Origin: Eledone cirrhosa
Lineage: Eukaryota
Reading direction: 5' to 3'
DNA length: 64,000 bases
Assembly (NCBI GenBank): GCA_964016885.1
Contig: OZ024743.1
Location: forward strand, 209,002,001-209,066,000
The notes beneath the pieces are model-generated. The model saw nothing but the letters and a program-made list of their open reading frames with translations. It was not told the DNA's origin and searched no databases. The position numbers were made by a program, and so were the translations under genes. Below, one piece after another: positions 1 through 14,900 of this stretch. How positions within the stretch are numbered: position 1 is the first letter of the stretch; each line of letters opens with the position of its first letter.

Positions 1-3000
1 AGCTCTTCACTCCATAAGATATACCACAGTTTACCATCCTATGGCCACAGATGAAAGTTCGTCACTCCATAAGATATACCACAGTTTACCGCCCTATGGC
101 CACAGATGAAAGCTCTTCACTCCATAAGATATACCACAGTTTACCATCCTATAGTCACATATGAAAGCTCTTCACTCCATAAGATATACCACAGTTTACC
201 ATCATAGAGCCAGATGAAAGCTCTTCACTACATAAGATATACCACAGTTTACCATCCTATAGCCACAGATGAAAGCTCTTCACTCCATAAGATATACCAC
301 AGTTTACCATCGTATAGCCACACATGAGAGCTCTTCACTCTATAAGATATACCACAGTTTACCATCCTATAGCCAGATGAAAGTTCTTCACTCCACAAGA
401 TATACCACAGTATACCATCCTAAAGCCACACATGAAAGCTTTTCACTCCATAAGATATACAACAGTTTACCATCTTATAGCCACACATGAAAGCTCTTCA
501 CTCCATAAGATATACCACAGTTTACCATCCTATAGCCACAGATGAAAGCTCTTCACTCCATAAGATATACTACAGTTTACCATCCTATAGCCACACATGA
601 GAGCTCTTCACTCCATAAGATATACCACAGTTTACCATCCTATAGCCACACATGAAAGCTCTTCACTCCATAAGATATACCACAGTTTACCATCCTATAG
701 CCAGATGAAAGCTTTTCACTCCATAAGATATACCACAGTTTACCATCCTATAGCCACAGATGAAAGCTCTTCACTCCTTAAGATATACCACAGTTTACCA
801 TCCTATAGCCACAGATGAAAGCTCTTCACTCCATAAGATATACGTCAGTTTACCATCCTATGGCCAGAGATGAAAGCTCCTCACTCCATAAGATATACCA
901 CAGTTTACCATCCTATAGGCACACATGAAAGCTCTTCACTCCATAAGATATACCACAGTTTACCATCATATAGCCACAGATGAAATCTCTTCACTCCATG
1001 AGATATAACACAGTTTATCATCCTATGGCCAGAGATGAAAGCTCTTCACTCCATAAGATATACCACAGTTTACCATCCTATAGCCACACATGAAAGCTGT
1101 TCACTCCATAAGATATACCACAGTTTACCATCCTATAGCCACACATGAAAGCTCTTCACTCCATAAGATATACCACAGTTTACCATCCTATAGCCACAGA
1201 TGAAAGCTCTTCACTCCATAAGATATACCACAGTTTACCATCCTATAGCCACAGATGAAAACTCTTCACTCCATAAGATATACCACAGTTTACCATCCTA
1301 TGGCCAGAGATGAAAGCTCTTCACTCCATAAGATATACCACAGTTTACCATCCTATAGCCACACATGAAAGATCTTCACTCCATAAGATATACCACAGTT
1401 TACCATCATATAGCCACAGATGAAATCTCTTCACTCCATGAGATATAACACAGTTTACCATCCTATGGCCAGAGATGAAAGCTCTTCACTCCATAAGATA
1501 TACCACAGTTTACCATCCTATAGCCACACATGAAAGCTCTTCACTCCATAAGATATACCACAGTTTACCATCCTATAGCCACAGATGAAAGCTCTTCACT
1601 CCATAAGATATACCACAGTTTACCATCCTATAGCCACACATGAAAGCTCTTCACTCCATAAGATATACCACAGTTTACCATCTTATAGCCACACATGAAA
1701 GCTCTTCACTCCATAAGATATACCACAGTTTACCATCATATAGCCACAGATGAAATCTCTTCACTCCATAAGATATAACACAGTTTACCATCCTATGGCC
1801 AGAGATGAAATCTCTTCAATCCATAAGATATACCACAGTTTACCATCCTATAGCCACACATGAAAGCTGTTCACTCCATAAGATATACCACAGTTTACCA
1901 TCCTATAGCCACACATGAAAGCTCTTCACTCCATAAGATATACCACAGTTTACCATCCTATAGCCACACATGGAAGCTATTCACTCCATAAGATATACCA
2001 CAGTTGACCATCATATAGCCACACATGAAATCTCTTCACTCCATAAGATATACCACAGTTTACCATCCTATAGCCTTAGATGAAAGCTCTTCACTCCATA
2101 AGATATACGATAGTTTACCATCCTATAGCCAGATGAAAGCTCTTAAATCCATAAGATATACCACAGTTTACCATCCTATAGCCACACATGAAAGCCCTTC
2201 ACTCCATAAGATATACCACAGTTTACCATCATATAGCCACACATGAAAGCTCTTCACTCCATAAGATATACCACAGTTTACCATCCTATAGCCACAGATG
2301 AAAACTCTTCACTCCATAAGATATACCACAGTTTGCCATCCTATAGCCAGATGAAAGGTTTTCACTCCATAAGATATACCACAGTTTACCATCCTATGCC
2401 CACAGATGAAAGCTCTTCACTCCATAAGATATACCACAGTTTACCATCCTATTGCCACACATGAAAGCTCTTCACTCCATAAGATATACCACAGTTTACC
2501 ATCCTATGGCCACAGATGAAAGCTCTTCACTCCATAAGATATACCACAGTTTACCACCCTATGGCCACAGATGAAAGCTCTTCACTCCATAAGATATACC
2601 ACAGTTTACCATCCTATAGTCATATATGAAAGCTCTTCACTCCATAAGATATACCACAGTTTACCATCATAGAGCCAGATGAAAGCTCTTCACTACATAA
2701 GATATACCACAGTTTACCATCCTATAGCCACAGATAAAAGCTCTTCACTCCATAAGATATACCACAGTTTACCATCGTATAGCCACACATGAGAGCTCTT
2801 CACTCTATAAGATATACCACAGTTTACCATCCTATAGCCAGATGAAAGTTCTTCACTCCATAAGATATACCACAGTTTACCATCCTAAAGCCACACATGA
2901 AAGCTTTTCACTCCATAAGATATACCACAGTTTACCATCTTAGGGCCACACATGAAAGCTCTTCACTCCATAAGATATACCACAGTTTACCATCCTATAG

Positions 3001-6000
3001 CCACAGATGAAAGCTCTTCACTCCATAATATATACCACAGTTTACCATCCTATAGCCACACATGAGAGCTCTTCACTCCATAAGATATACCACAGTTTAC
3101 CATCCTATAGCCACACATGAAAGCTCTTCACTCCATAAGATATACCACAGTTTACCATCCTATAGCCGCACATGAAAGCTGTTCACTCCATAAGATATAC
3201 CACAGTTTACCATCCTATAGGCACACATGAAAGCTCTTCACTCCATAAGATATACCACAGTTTACCATCATATAGCCACAGATGAAATCTCTTCACTCCA
3301 TGAGATATAACACAGTTTATCATCCTATGGCCAGAGATGAAAGCTCTTCACTCCATAAGATATACCACAGTTTACCATCCTATAGCCACACATGAAAGCT
3401 GTTCACTCCATAAGATATACCACAGTTTACCATCCTATAGCCACACATGAAAGCTCTTCACTCCATAAGATATACCACAGTTTACCATCCTATAGCCACA
3501 GATGAAAGCTCTTCACTCCATAAGATATACCACAGTTTACCATCCTATAGCCACAGATGAAAACTCTTCACTCCATAAGATATACCACAGTGTACCATTC
3601 TATGGCCAGAGATGAAAGCTCCTCACTCCATAAGATATACCACAGTTTACCATCCTATAGGCACACATGAAAGCTCTTCACTCCATAAGATATACCACAG
3701 TTTACCATCATATAGCCACAGATGAAATCTCTTCACTCCATGAGATATAACACAGTTTACCATCCTATGGCCAGAGTTGAAAGCTCTTCACTCCATAAGA
3801 TATACCACAGTTTACCATCCTATAGCCACAGATGAAAACTCTTCACTCCATAAGATATACCACAGTTTGCCATCCTATAGCCAGATGAAAGGTTTTCACT
3901 CCATAAGATATACCACAGTTTACCATCCTATGCCCACAGATGAAAGCTCTTCACTCCATAAGATATACCACAGTTTACCATCCTATGGCCACAGATGAAA
4001 GCTCTTCACTCCATAAGATATACCACAGTTTACCACCCTATGGCCACAGATGAAAGCTCTTCACTCCATAAGATATACCACAGTTTACCATCCTATAGTC
4101 ATATATGAAAGCTCTTCACTCCATAAGATATACCACAGTTTACCATCATAGAGCCAGATGAAAGCTCTTCACTACATAAGATATACCACAGTTTACCATC
4201 CTATAGCCACAGATGAAAGCTCTTCACTCCATAAGATATACCACAGTTTACCATCGTATAGCCACACATGAGAGCTCTTCACTCTATAAGATATACCACA
4301 GTTTACCATCCTATAGCCAGATGAAAGTTCTTCACTCCATAAGATATACCACAGTTTACCATCCTAAAGCCACACATGAAAGCTTTTCACTCCATAAGAT
4401 ATACCACAGTTTACCATCTTAGGGCCACACATGAAAGCTCTTCACTCCATAAGATATACCACAGTTTACCATCCTATAGCCACAGATGAAAGCTCTTCAC
4501 TCCATAATATATACCACAGTTTACCATCCTATAGCCACACATGAGAGCTCTTCACTCCATAAGATATACCACAGTTTACCATCCTATAGCCACACATGAA
4601 AGCTCTTCACTCCATAAGATATACCACAGTTTACCATCCTATAGCCGCACATGAAAGCTGTTCACTCCATAAGATATACCACAGTTTACCATCCTATAGG
4701 CACACATGAAAGCTCTTCACTCCATAAGATATACCACAGTTTACCATCATATAGCCACAGATGAAATCTCTTCACTCCATGAGATATAACACAGTTTATC
4801 ATCCTATGGCCAGAGATGAAAGCTCTTCACTCCATAAGATATACCACAGTTTACCATCCTATAGCCACACATGAAAGCTGTTCACTCCATAAGATATACC
4901 ACAGTTTACCATCCTATAGCCACACATGAAAGCTCTTCACTCCATAAGATATACCACAGTTTACCATCCTATAGCCACAGATGAAAGCTCTTCACTCCAT
5001 AAGATATACCACAGTTTACCATCCTATAGCCACAGATGAAAACTCTTCACTCCATAAGATATACCACAGTTTACCATTCTATGGCCAGAGATGAAAGCTC
5101 CTCACTCCATAAGATATACCACAGTTTACCATCCTATAGGCACACATGAAAGCTCTTCACTCCATAAGATATACCACAGTTTACCATCATATAGCCACAG
5201 ATGAAATCTCTTCACTCCATGAGATATAACACAGTTTACCATCCTATGGCCAGAGTTGAAAGCTCTTCACTCCATAAGATATACCACAGTTTACCATCCT
5301 ATAGCCACACATGAAAGCTGTTCACTCCATAAGATATACCACAGTTTACCATCCTATAGCCACACATGAAAGCTCTTCACTCCATAAGATATACCACAGT
5401 TTACCATCCTATAGCCACAGATGAAAGCTCTTCACTCCATAAGATATACCACAGTTTACCATCCTATAGCCACACATGAAAGCTCTTCACTCCATAAGAT
5501 ATACCACAGTTTACCATCTTATAGCCACACATGAAAGCTCTTCACTCCATAAGATATACCACAGTTTACCATCCTATAGCCACACATGAAAGCTCCTCAC
5601 TCCATGAGATATACCACAGTTTACCATCCTATAGCCACAGATGAAAACTCTTCACTCCATAAGATATACCACAGTTTACCATCCTATGGCCAGAGATGAA
5701 AGCTCTTCACTCCATAAGATATACCACAGTTTACCATCCTATAGCCACACATGAAAGCTGTTCACTCCATAAGATATACCACAGTTTACCATCCTATAGC
5801 CACACATGAAAGCTCTTCACTCCATAAGATATACCACAGTTTACCATCCTATAGCCACACATGGAAGCTCTTCACTCCATAAGATATACCACAGTTTACC
5901 ATCCTATAGCCTTAGATGAAAGCTCTTCACTCCATAAGATATACGATAGTTTAACATCCTATAGCCAGATGAAAGCTCTTAAATCCATAAGATATACGAC

Positions 6001-9000
6001 AGTTTACCATCCTATAGCCACACATGAAAGCACTTCACTCCATAAGATATACCACAGTTTACCATCATATAGCCACACATGAAAGCTCTTCACTCCATAA
6101 GATATACCACAGTTTACCATCCTATAGCCAGATGAAAGCTTTTCACTCCATAAGATATACCACAGTTTACCATCCTATGCCCACAGATGAAAGCTCTTCA
6201 CTCCATGAGATATACAACAGTTTACCATTCTATAGCCACACATGAAAGCTCTTCACTCCATAAGATATACCACAGTTTACCATCCTATGGCCACAGATGA
6301 AAGTTCGTCACTCCATAAGATATACCACAGTTTACCGCCCTATGGCCACAGATGAAAGCTCTTCACTCCATAAGATATACCACAGTTTACCATCCTATAG
6401 TCACATATGAAAGCTCTTCACTCCATAAGATATACCACAGTTTACCATCATAGAGCCAGATGAAAGCTCTTCACTACATAAGATATACCACAGTTTACCA
6501 TCCTATAGCCACAGATGAAAGCTCTTCACTCCATAAGATATACCACAGTTTACCATCGTATAGCCACACATGAGAGCTCTTCACTCTATAAGATATACCA
6601 CAGTTTACCATCCTATAGCCAGATGAAAGTTCTTCACTCCACAAGATATACCACAGTATACCATCCTAAAGCCACACATGAAAGCTTTTCACTCCATAAG
6701 ATATACAACAGTTTACCATCTTATAGCCACACATGAAAGCTCTTCACTCCATAAGATATACCACAGTTTACCATCCTATAGCCACAGATGAAAGCTCTTC
6801 ACTCCATAAGATATACTACAGTTTACCATCCTATAGCCACACATGAGAGCTCTTCACTCCATAAGATATACCACAGTTTACCATCCTATAGCCACACATG
6901 AAAGCTCTTCACTCCATAAGATATACCACAGTTTACCATCCTATAGCCAGATGAAAGCTTTTCACTCCATAAGATATACCACAGTTTACCATCCTATAGC
7001 CACAGATGAAAGCTCTTCACTCCTTAAGATATACCACAGTTTACCATCCTATAGCCACAGATGAAAGCTCTTCACTCCATAAGATATACCTCAGTTTACC
7101 ATCCTATGGCCAGAGATGAAAGCTCCTCACTCCATAAGATATACCACAGTTTACCATCCTATAGGCACACATGAAAGCTCTTCACTCCATAAGATATACC
7201 ACAGTTTACCATCATATAGCCACAGATGAAATCTCTTCACTCCATGAGATATAACACAGTTTATCATCCTATGGCCAGAGATGAAAGCTCTTCACTCCAT
7301 AAGATATACCACAGTTTACCATCCTATAGCCACACATGAAAGCTGTTCACTCCATAAGATATACCACAGTTTACCATCCTATAGCCACACATGAAAGCTC
7401 TTCACTCCATAAGATATACCACAGTTTACCATCCTATAGCCACAGATGAAAGCTCTTCACTCCATAAGATATACCACAGTTTACCATCCTATAGCCACAG
7501 ATGAAAACTCTTCACTCCATAAGATATACCACAGTTTACCATCCTATGGCCAGAGATGAAAGCTCTTCACTCCATAAGATATACCACAGTTTACCATCCT
7601 ATAGCCACACATGAAAGATCTTCACTCCATAAGATATACCACAGTTTACCATCATATAGCCACAGATGAAATCTCTTCACTCCATGAGATATAACACAGT
7701 TTACCATCCTATGGCCAGAGATGAAAGCTCTTCACTCCATAAGATATACCACAGTTTACCATCCTATAGCCACACATGAAAGCTCTTCACTCCATAAGAT
7801 ATACCACAGTTTACCATCCTATAGCCACAGATGAAAGCTCTTCACTCCATAAGATATACCACAGTTTACCATCCTATAGCCACACATGAAAGCTCTTCAC
7901 TCCATAAGATATACCACAGTTTACCATCTTATAGCCACACATGAAAGCTCTTCACTCCATAAGATATACCACAGTTTACCATCATATAGCCACAGATGAA
8001 ATCTCTTCACTCCATAAGATATAACACAGTTTACCATCCTATGGCCAGAGATGAAATCTCTTCAATCCATAAGATATACCACAGTTTACCATCCTATAGC
8101 CACACATGAAAGCTGTTCACTCCATAAGATATACCACAGTTTACCATCCTATAGCCACACATGAAAGCTCTTCACTCCATAAGATATACCACAGTTTACC
8201 ATCCTATAGCCACACATGGAAGCTATTCACTCCATAAGATATACCACAGTTGACCATCATATAGCCACACATGAAATCTCTTCACTCCATAAGATATACC
8301 ACAGTTTACCATCCTATAGCCTTAGATGAAAGCTCTTCACTCCATAAGATATACGATAGTTTACCATCCTATAGCCAGATGAAAGCTCTTAAATCCATAA
8401 GATATACCACAGTTTACCATCCTATAGCCACACATGAAAGCCCTTCACTCCATAAGATATACCACAGTTTACCATCATATAGCCACACATGAAAGCTCTT
8501 CACTCCATAAGATATACCACAGTTTACCATCCTATAGCCACAGATGAAAACTCTTCACTCCATAAGATATACCACAGTTTGCCATCCTATAGCCAGATGA
8601 AAGGTTTTCACTCCATAAGATATACCACAGTTTACCATCCTATGCCCACAGATGAAAGCTCTTCACTCCATAAGATATACCACAGTTTACCATCCTATTG
8701 CCACACATGAAAGCTCTTCACTCCATAAGATATACCACAGTTTACCATCCTATGGCCACAGATGAAAGCTCTTCACTCCATAAGATATACCACAGTTTAC
8801 CACCCTATGGCCACAGATGAAAGCTCTTCACTCCATAAGATATACCACAGTTTACCATCCTATAGTCATATATGAAAGCTCTTCACTCCATAAGATATAC
8901 CACAGTTTACCATCATAGAGCCAGATGAAAGCTCTTCACTACATAAGATATACCACAGTTTACCATCCTATAGCCACAGATAAAAGCTCTTCACTCCATA

Positions 9001-11800
9001 AGATATACCACAGTTTACCATCGTATAGCCACACATGAGAGCTCTTCACTCTATAAGATATACCACAGTTTACCATCCTATAGCCAGATGAAAGTTCTTC
9101 ACTCCATAAGATATACCACAGTTTACCATCCTAAAGCCACACATGAAAGCTTTTCACTCCATAAGATATACCACAGTTTACCATCTTAGGGCCACACATG
9201 AAAGCTCTTCACTCCATAAGATATACCACAGTTTACCATCCTATAGCCACAGATGAAAGCTCTTCACTCCATAATATATACCACAGTTTACCATCCTATA
9301 GCCACACATGAGAGCTCTTCACTCCATAAGATATACCACAGTTTACCATCCTATAGCCACACATGAAAGCTCTTCACTCCATAAGATATACCACAGTTTA
9401 CCATCCTATAGCCGCACATGAAAGCTGTTCACTCCATAAGATATACCACAGTTTACCATCCTATAGGCACACATGAAAGCTCTTCACTCCATAAGATATA
9501 CCACAGTTTACCATCATATAGCCACAGATGAAATCTCTTCACTCCATGAGATATAACACAGTTTATCATCCTATGGCCAGAGATGAAAGCTCTTCACTCC
9601 ATAAGATATACCACAGTTTACCATCCTATAGCCACACATGAAAGCTCTTCACTCTATAAGATATACCACAGTTTACCATCCTATAGCCACACATGAAAGC
9701 TCTTCACTCCATAAGATATACCACAGTTTACCATCCTATAGCCACAGATGAAAGCTCTTCACTCCATAAGATATACCACAGTTTACCATCCTATAGCCAC
9801 AGATGAAAACTCTTCACTCCATAAGATATACCACAGTGTACCATTCTATGGCCAGAGATGAAAGCTCCTCACTCCATAAGATATACCACAGTTTACCATC
9901 CTATAGGCACACATGAAAGCTCTTCACTCCATAAGATATACCACAGTTTACCATCATATAGCCACAGATGAAATCTCTTCACTCCATGAGATATAACACA
10001 GTTTACCATCCTATGGCCAGAGTTGAAAGCTCTTCACTCCATAAGATATACCACAGTTTACCATCCTATAGCCACACATGAAAGCTGTTCACTCCATAAG
10101 ATATACCACAGTTTACCATCCTATAGCCACACATGAAAGCTCTTCACTCCATAAGATATACCACAGTTTACCATCCTATAGCCACAGATGAAAGCTCTTC
10201 ACTCCATAAGATATACCACAGTTTACCATCCTATAGCCACACATGAAAGCTCTTCACTCCATAAGATATACCACAGTTTACCATCTTATAGCCACACATG
10301 AAAGCTCTTCACTCCATAAGATATACCACAGTTTACCATCCTATAGCCACACATGAAAGCTCCTCACTCCATGAGATATACCACAGTTTACCATCCTATA
10401 GCCACAGATGAAAACTCTTCACTCCATAAGATATACCACAGTTTACTATCCTATGGCCAGAGATGAAAGCTCTTCACTCCATAAGATATACCACAGTTTA
10501 CCATCCTATAGCCACACATGAAAGCTGTTCACTCCATAAGATATACCACAGTTGACCATCCTATAGCCTTAGATGAAAGCTCTTCACTCCATAAGATATA
10601 CGATAGTTTAACATCCTATAGCCAGATGAAAGCTCTTAAATCCATAAGATATACGACAGTTTACCATCCTATAGCCACACATGAAAGCACTTCACTCCAT
10701 AAGATATACCACAGTTTACCATCATATAGCCACACATGAAAGCTCTTCACTCCATAAGATATACCACAGTTTACCATCCTATAGCCACAGATGAAAGCTC
10801 TTCACTCCATAAGATATACCACAGTTTACCATCCTATAGCCAGATGAAAGCTTTTCACTCCATAAGATATACCACAGTTTACCATCCTATGCCCACAGAT
10901 GAAAGCTCTTCACTCCATAAGATATACCACAGTTTACCATCCTATAGCCACACATGAAAGCTCTTCACTCCATAAGATATACCACAGTTTACCATCCTAT
11001 GGCCACAGATGAAAGCTCTTCACTCCATAAGATATACCACAGTTTACCACCCTATGGCCACAGATGAAAGCTCTTCACTCCATAAGATATACCACAGTTT
11101 ACCATCCTATAGTCACATATGAAACCTCTTCACTCCATAAGATATACCACAGTTTACCATCATAGAGCCAGATGAAAGCTCTTCACTACATAAGATATAC
11201 CACAGTTAACCATCCTATAGCCACAGATGAAAGCTCTTCACTCCATAAGATATACCACAGTTTACCATCGTATAGCCACACATGAGAGCTCTTCACTCTA
11301 TAAGATATACCACAGTTTACCATCCTATAGCCAGATGAAAGTTCTTCACTCCATAAGATATACCACAGTATACCATCCTAAAGCCACACATGAAAGCTTT
11401 TCACTCCATAAGATATACCACAGTTTACCATCTTATAGCCACACATGAAAGCTCTTCACTCCATAAGATATACCACAGTTTACCATCCTATAGCCACAGA
11501 TGAAAGCTCTTCACTCCATAAGATATACCACAGTTTACCATCCTATAGCCACACATGAGAGCTCTTCACTCCATAAGAAATACCACAGTTTACCATCCTA
11601 TAGCCACACATGAAAGCTCTTCACTCCATAAGATATACCACAGTTTACCATCCTATAGCCAGATGAAAGCTTTTAACTCCATAAGATATACCACAGTTTA
11701 CCATCCTATAGCCACACATGAAAGCTCTTCACTCCATAAGATATACCACAGTTTACCACCTTATAGCCACACATGAAAGCTTTTCACTCCATAAGATATA
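1..11800 (+). repeat. Higher-order repeat domain 1: base period about 4.7 kb, with the first copy expanded to 6,246 bp
   Basis: Private markers recur at +6246: GTTCGTCAC 57/6303, TGTACCATTC 3591/9837, ORFs 269/6515, 597/6843, 2025/8271, 2243/8489. Later offsets are +4767 (GAGTTG 5256/10023), +4657 (TTAACATCC 5954/10611) and +4712 (ORFs 6515/11227, 6843/11555). Confidence 0.9.
2243..5310 (+). repeat. Internal tandem duplication of about 1.5 kb (offset 1,534, then 1,479 bp)
   Basis: ORFs 2243/3777 share the ENSS/KGF variants (+1534). TAGGGCCAC at 2941/4420 and GAGTTGAA at 3777/5256 are offset by +1479, consistent with one monomer lost from the second copy. Confidence 0.88.
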
Positions 11801-11999
11801 CCACAGTTTACCATCCTATAGCCACACATGAAAGCTCTTCACTCCATAAGATATACCACAGTTTACCATCCTATAGCCACAGATGAAAACTCTTCACTCC
11901 ATAAGATATACCACAGTTTACCATCCTATGGCCAGAGATGAAAGCTCCTCACTCCATAAGATATACCACAGTTTACCATCCTATAGGCACACATGAAAG

Positions 12000-14900
12000 C
12001 TCTTCACTCCATAAGATATACCACAGTTTACCATCCTATAGCCACACATGAAAGCTCTTCACTCCATAAGATATACCACAGTTTACCATCCTATAGCCAC
12101 ACATGGAAGCTCTTCACTACATAAGATATACCACAGTTGACCATCATATAGCCACACATGAAAGCTCTTCACTCCATAAGATATACCACAGTTTACCATC
12201 CTATAGCCATAGATGAAAGCTCTTCACTCCATAAGATATACGACAGTTTACTATCCGATAGCCAGATGAAAGCTCTTAAATCCATAAGATATACCACAGT
12301 TTACCATCCTATAGCCACACATGAAAGCCCTTCACTCCATAAGATATACCACAGTTTACCATCATATAGCCACACATGAAAGCTCTTCACTCCATAAGAT
12401 ATACCACAGTTTACCACCCTATAGCCACAGATGAAAGCTCTTCACTCCATAAGATATACCACAGTTTACCATCCTATAGCCAGATGAAAGCTTTTCACTC
12501 CATAAGATATACCACAGTTTACCCTCCGATAGCCACACATGAAAGCTCTTCACTCCATAAGATATACCACAGTTTACCATCCTGTAGCCACACATGAAAG
12601 CTCTTCACTCCATAAGATATACCACAGTTTACCATCCTATGGCCACAGATGAAAGCTCTTCACTCCATAAGATATACCACAGTTTACCATCATAGAGCCA
12701 GATGAAAGCTCTTCACTACATAAGATATACCACAGTTTACCATCCTATAGCCACAGATGAAAGCTCTTCACTCCATAAGATATACCACAGTTTACCATCC
12801 TATAGCCACAGATGAAAGCTGTTCACTCCATAAGATATACCACAGTTTACCATCCTATAGCCACACATGAGAGCTCTTCACTCCATAAGATATACCACAG
12901 TTTACCATCCTATAGCCACAGATGAAAGCTGTTCACTCCATAAGATATACCACAGTTTACCATCCTATAGCCACACATGAGAGCTCTTCACTCTATAAGA
13001 TATAGCACAGTTTACCATCCTATAGCCACACATGGAAGCTCTTCACTCCATAAGATATACCACAGTTTACAATCCGATAGCCACACATGAAAGCTCTTCA
13101 CTCCATAAGATATACCACAGTTTACCATCCTATAGCCACAGATGAAAGCTCTTCACTCCATAAGATATACCACAGTTTACCATCCTATAGCCACGCATGA
13201 AAGCTCTTCACTCCATAAGATATACCACAGTTTACCATCCTATTGCCACAGATGACAGCTCTTCACTCCATAACATATACCACAGTTGACCATCCTATAG
13301 CCACACATGAGAGCCCTTCACTCCATAAGATATACCACAGTTTACCATCCTATAGCCACACGTGAAAGCTCTTCACTCCATAAGATATACCACAGTTTAC
13401 CATCCTATAGCCAGATGAAAGCTTTTCACTCCATAAGATATACCACAGTTTACCATCCTATAACCACACATGAAAGCTCTTCACTCCATAAGATATACCA
13501 CAGTTTACCATCTTATAGCCACACATGAAAGCTCTTCACTCCATAAGATATACCACAGTTTACCATCCTATAGCCACACATGAAAGCTCCTCACTCCATG
13601 AGATATACCACAGTTTACCATCCTATAGCCACAGATGAATACTCTTCACTCCATAAGATATACCACAGTTTACCATCCTATGGCCAGAGATGAAAGCTCT
13701 TCACTCCATAAGATATACCACAGTTTACCATCCTATAGCCACACATGAAAGCTCTTCACTCCATAAGATATACCACAGTTTACCATCATATAGCCACAGA
13801 TGAAATCTCTTCACTCCATAAGATATAACACAGTTTACCATCCTATGGCCAGAGATGAAAGCTCTTCACTCCATAAGATATACCACAGTTAACCATCCTA
13901 TAGCCACACATGAAAGCTGTTCACTCCATAATATATACCACAGTTTACCATCCTATAGCCACACATGAAAGCTCTTCACTCCATAAGATATACCACAGTT
14001 TACCATCCTATAGCCACACATGGAAGCTCTTCACTACATAAGATATACCACAGTTGACCATCATATAGCCACACATGAAAGCTCTTCACTCCATAAGATA
14101 TACCACAGTTTACCATCCTATAGCCATAGATGAAAGCTCTTCACTCCATAAGATATACGACAGTTTACTATCCGATAGCCAGATGAAAGCTCTTAAATCC
14201 ATAAGATATACCACAGTTTACCATCCTATAGCCACACATGAAAACCCTTCACTCCATAAGATATACCACAGTTTACCATCATATAGCCACACATGAAAGC
14301 TCTTCACTCCATAAGATATACCACAGTTTACCATCCTATAGCCACAGATGAAAGCTCTTCACTCCATAAGATATACCACAGTTTACCATCCTATAGCCAG
14401 ATGAAAGCTTTTCACTCCATAAGATATACCACAGTTTACCCTCCGATAGCCACACATGAAAGCTCTTCACTCCATAAGATATACCACAGTTTACCATCCT
14501 GTAGCCACACATGAAAGCTCTTCACTCCATAAGATATACCACAGTTTACCATCCTATGGCCACAGATGAAAGCTCTTCACTCCATAAGATATACCACAGT
14601 TTACCATCATAGAGCCAGATGAAAGCTCTTCACTACATAAGATATACCACAGTTTACCATCCTATAGCCACAGATGAAAGCTCTTCACTCCATAAGATAT
14701 ACCACAGTTTACCATCCTATAGCCACAGATGAAAGCTGTTCACTCCATAAGATATACCACAGTTTACCATCCTATAGCCACACATGAGAGCTCTTCACTC
14801 TATAAGATATAGCACAGTTTACCATCCTATAGCCACACATGGAAGCTCTTCACTCCATAAGATATACCACAGTTTACAATCCGATAGCCACACATGAAAG

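Noticed and set aside
378-387. Heat-shock element-like TGAAAGTTCT (nGAAnnTTCn) in the GTTCTT variant, and GATA- or Myb-like words
   Set aside because: There are only two pentamer units where a canonical HSE needs three. AGATAT and CAGTTT are non-canonical, and such short matches are expected by chance.
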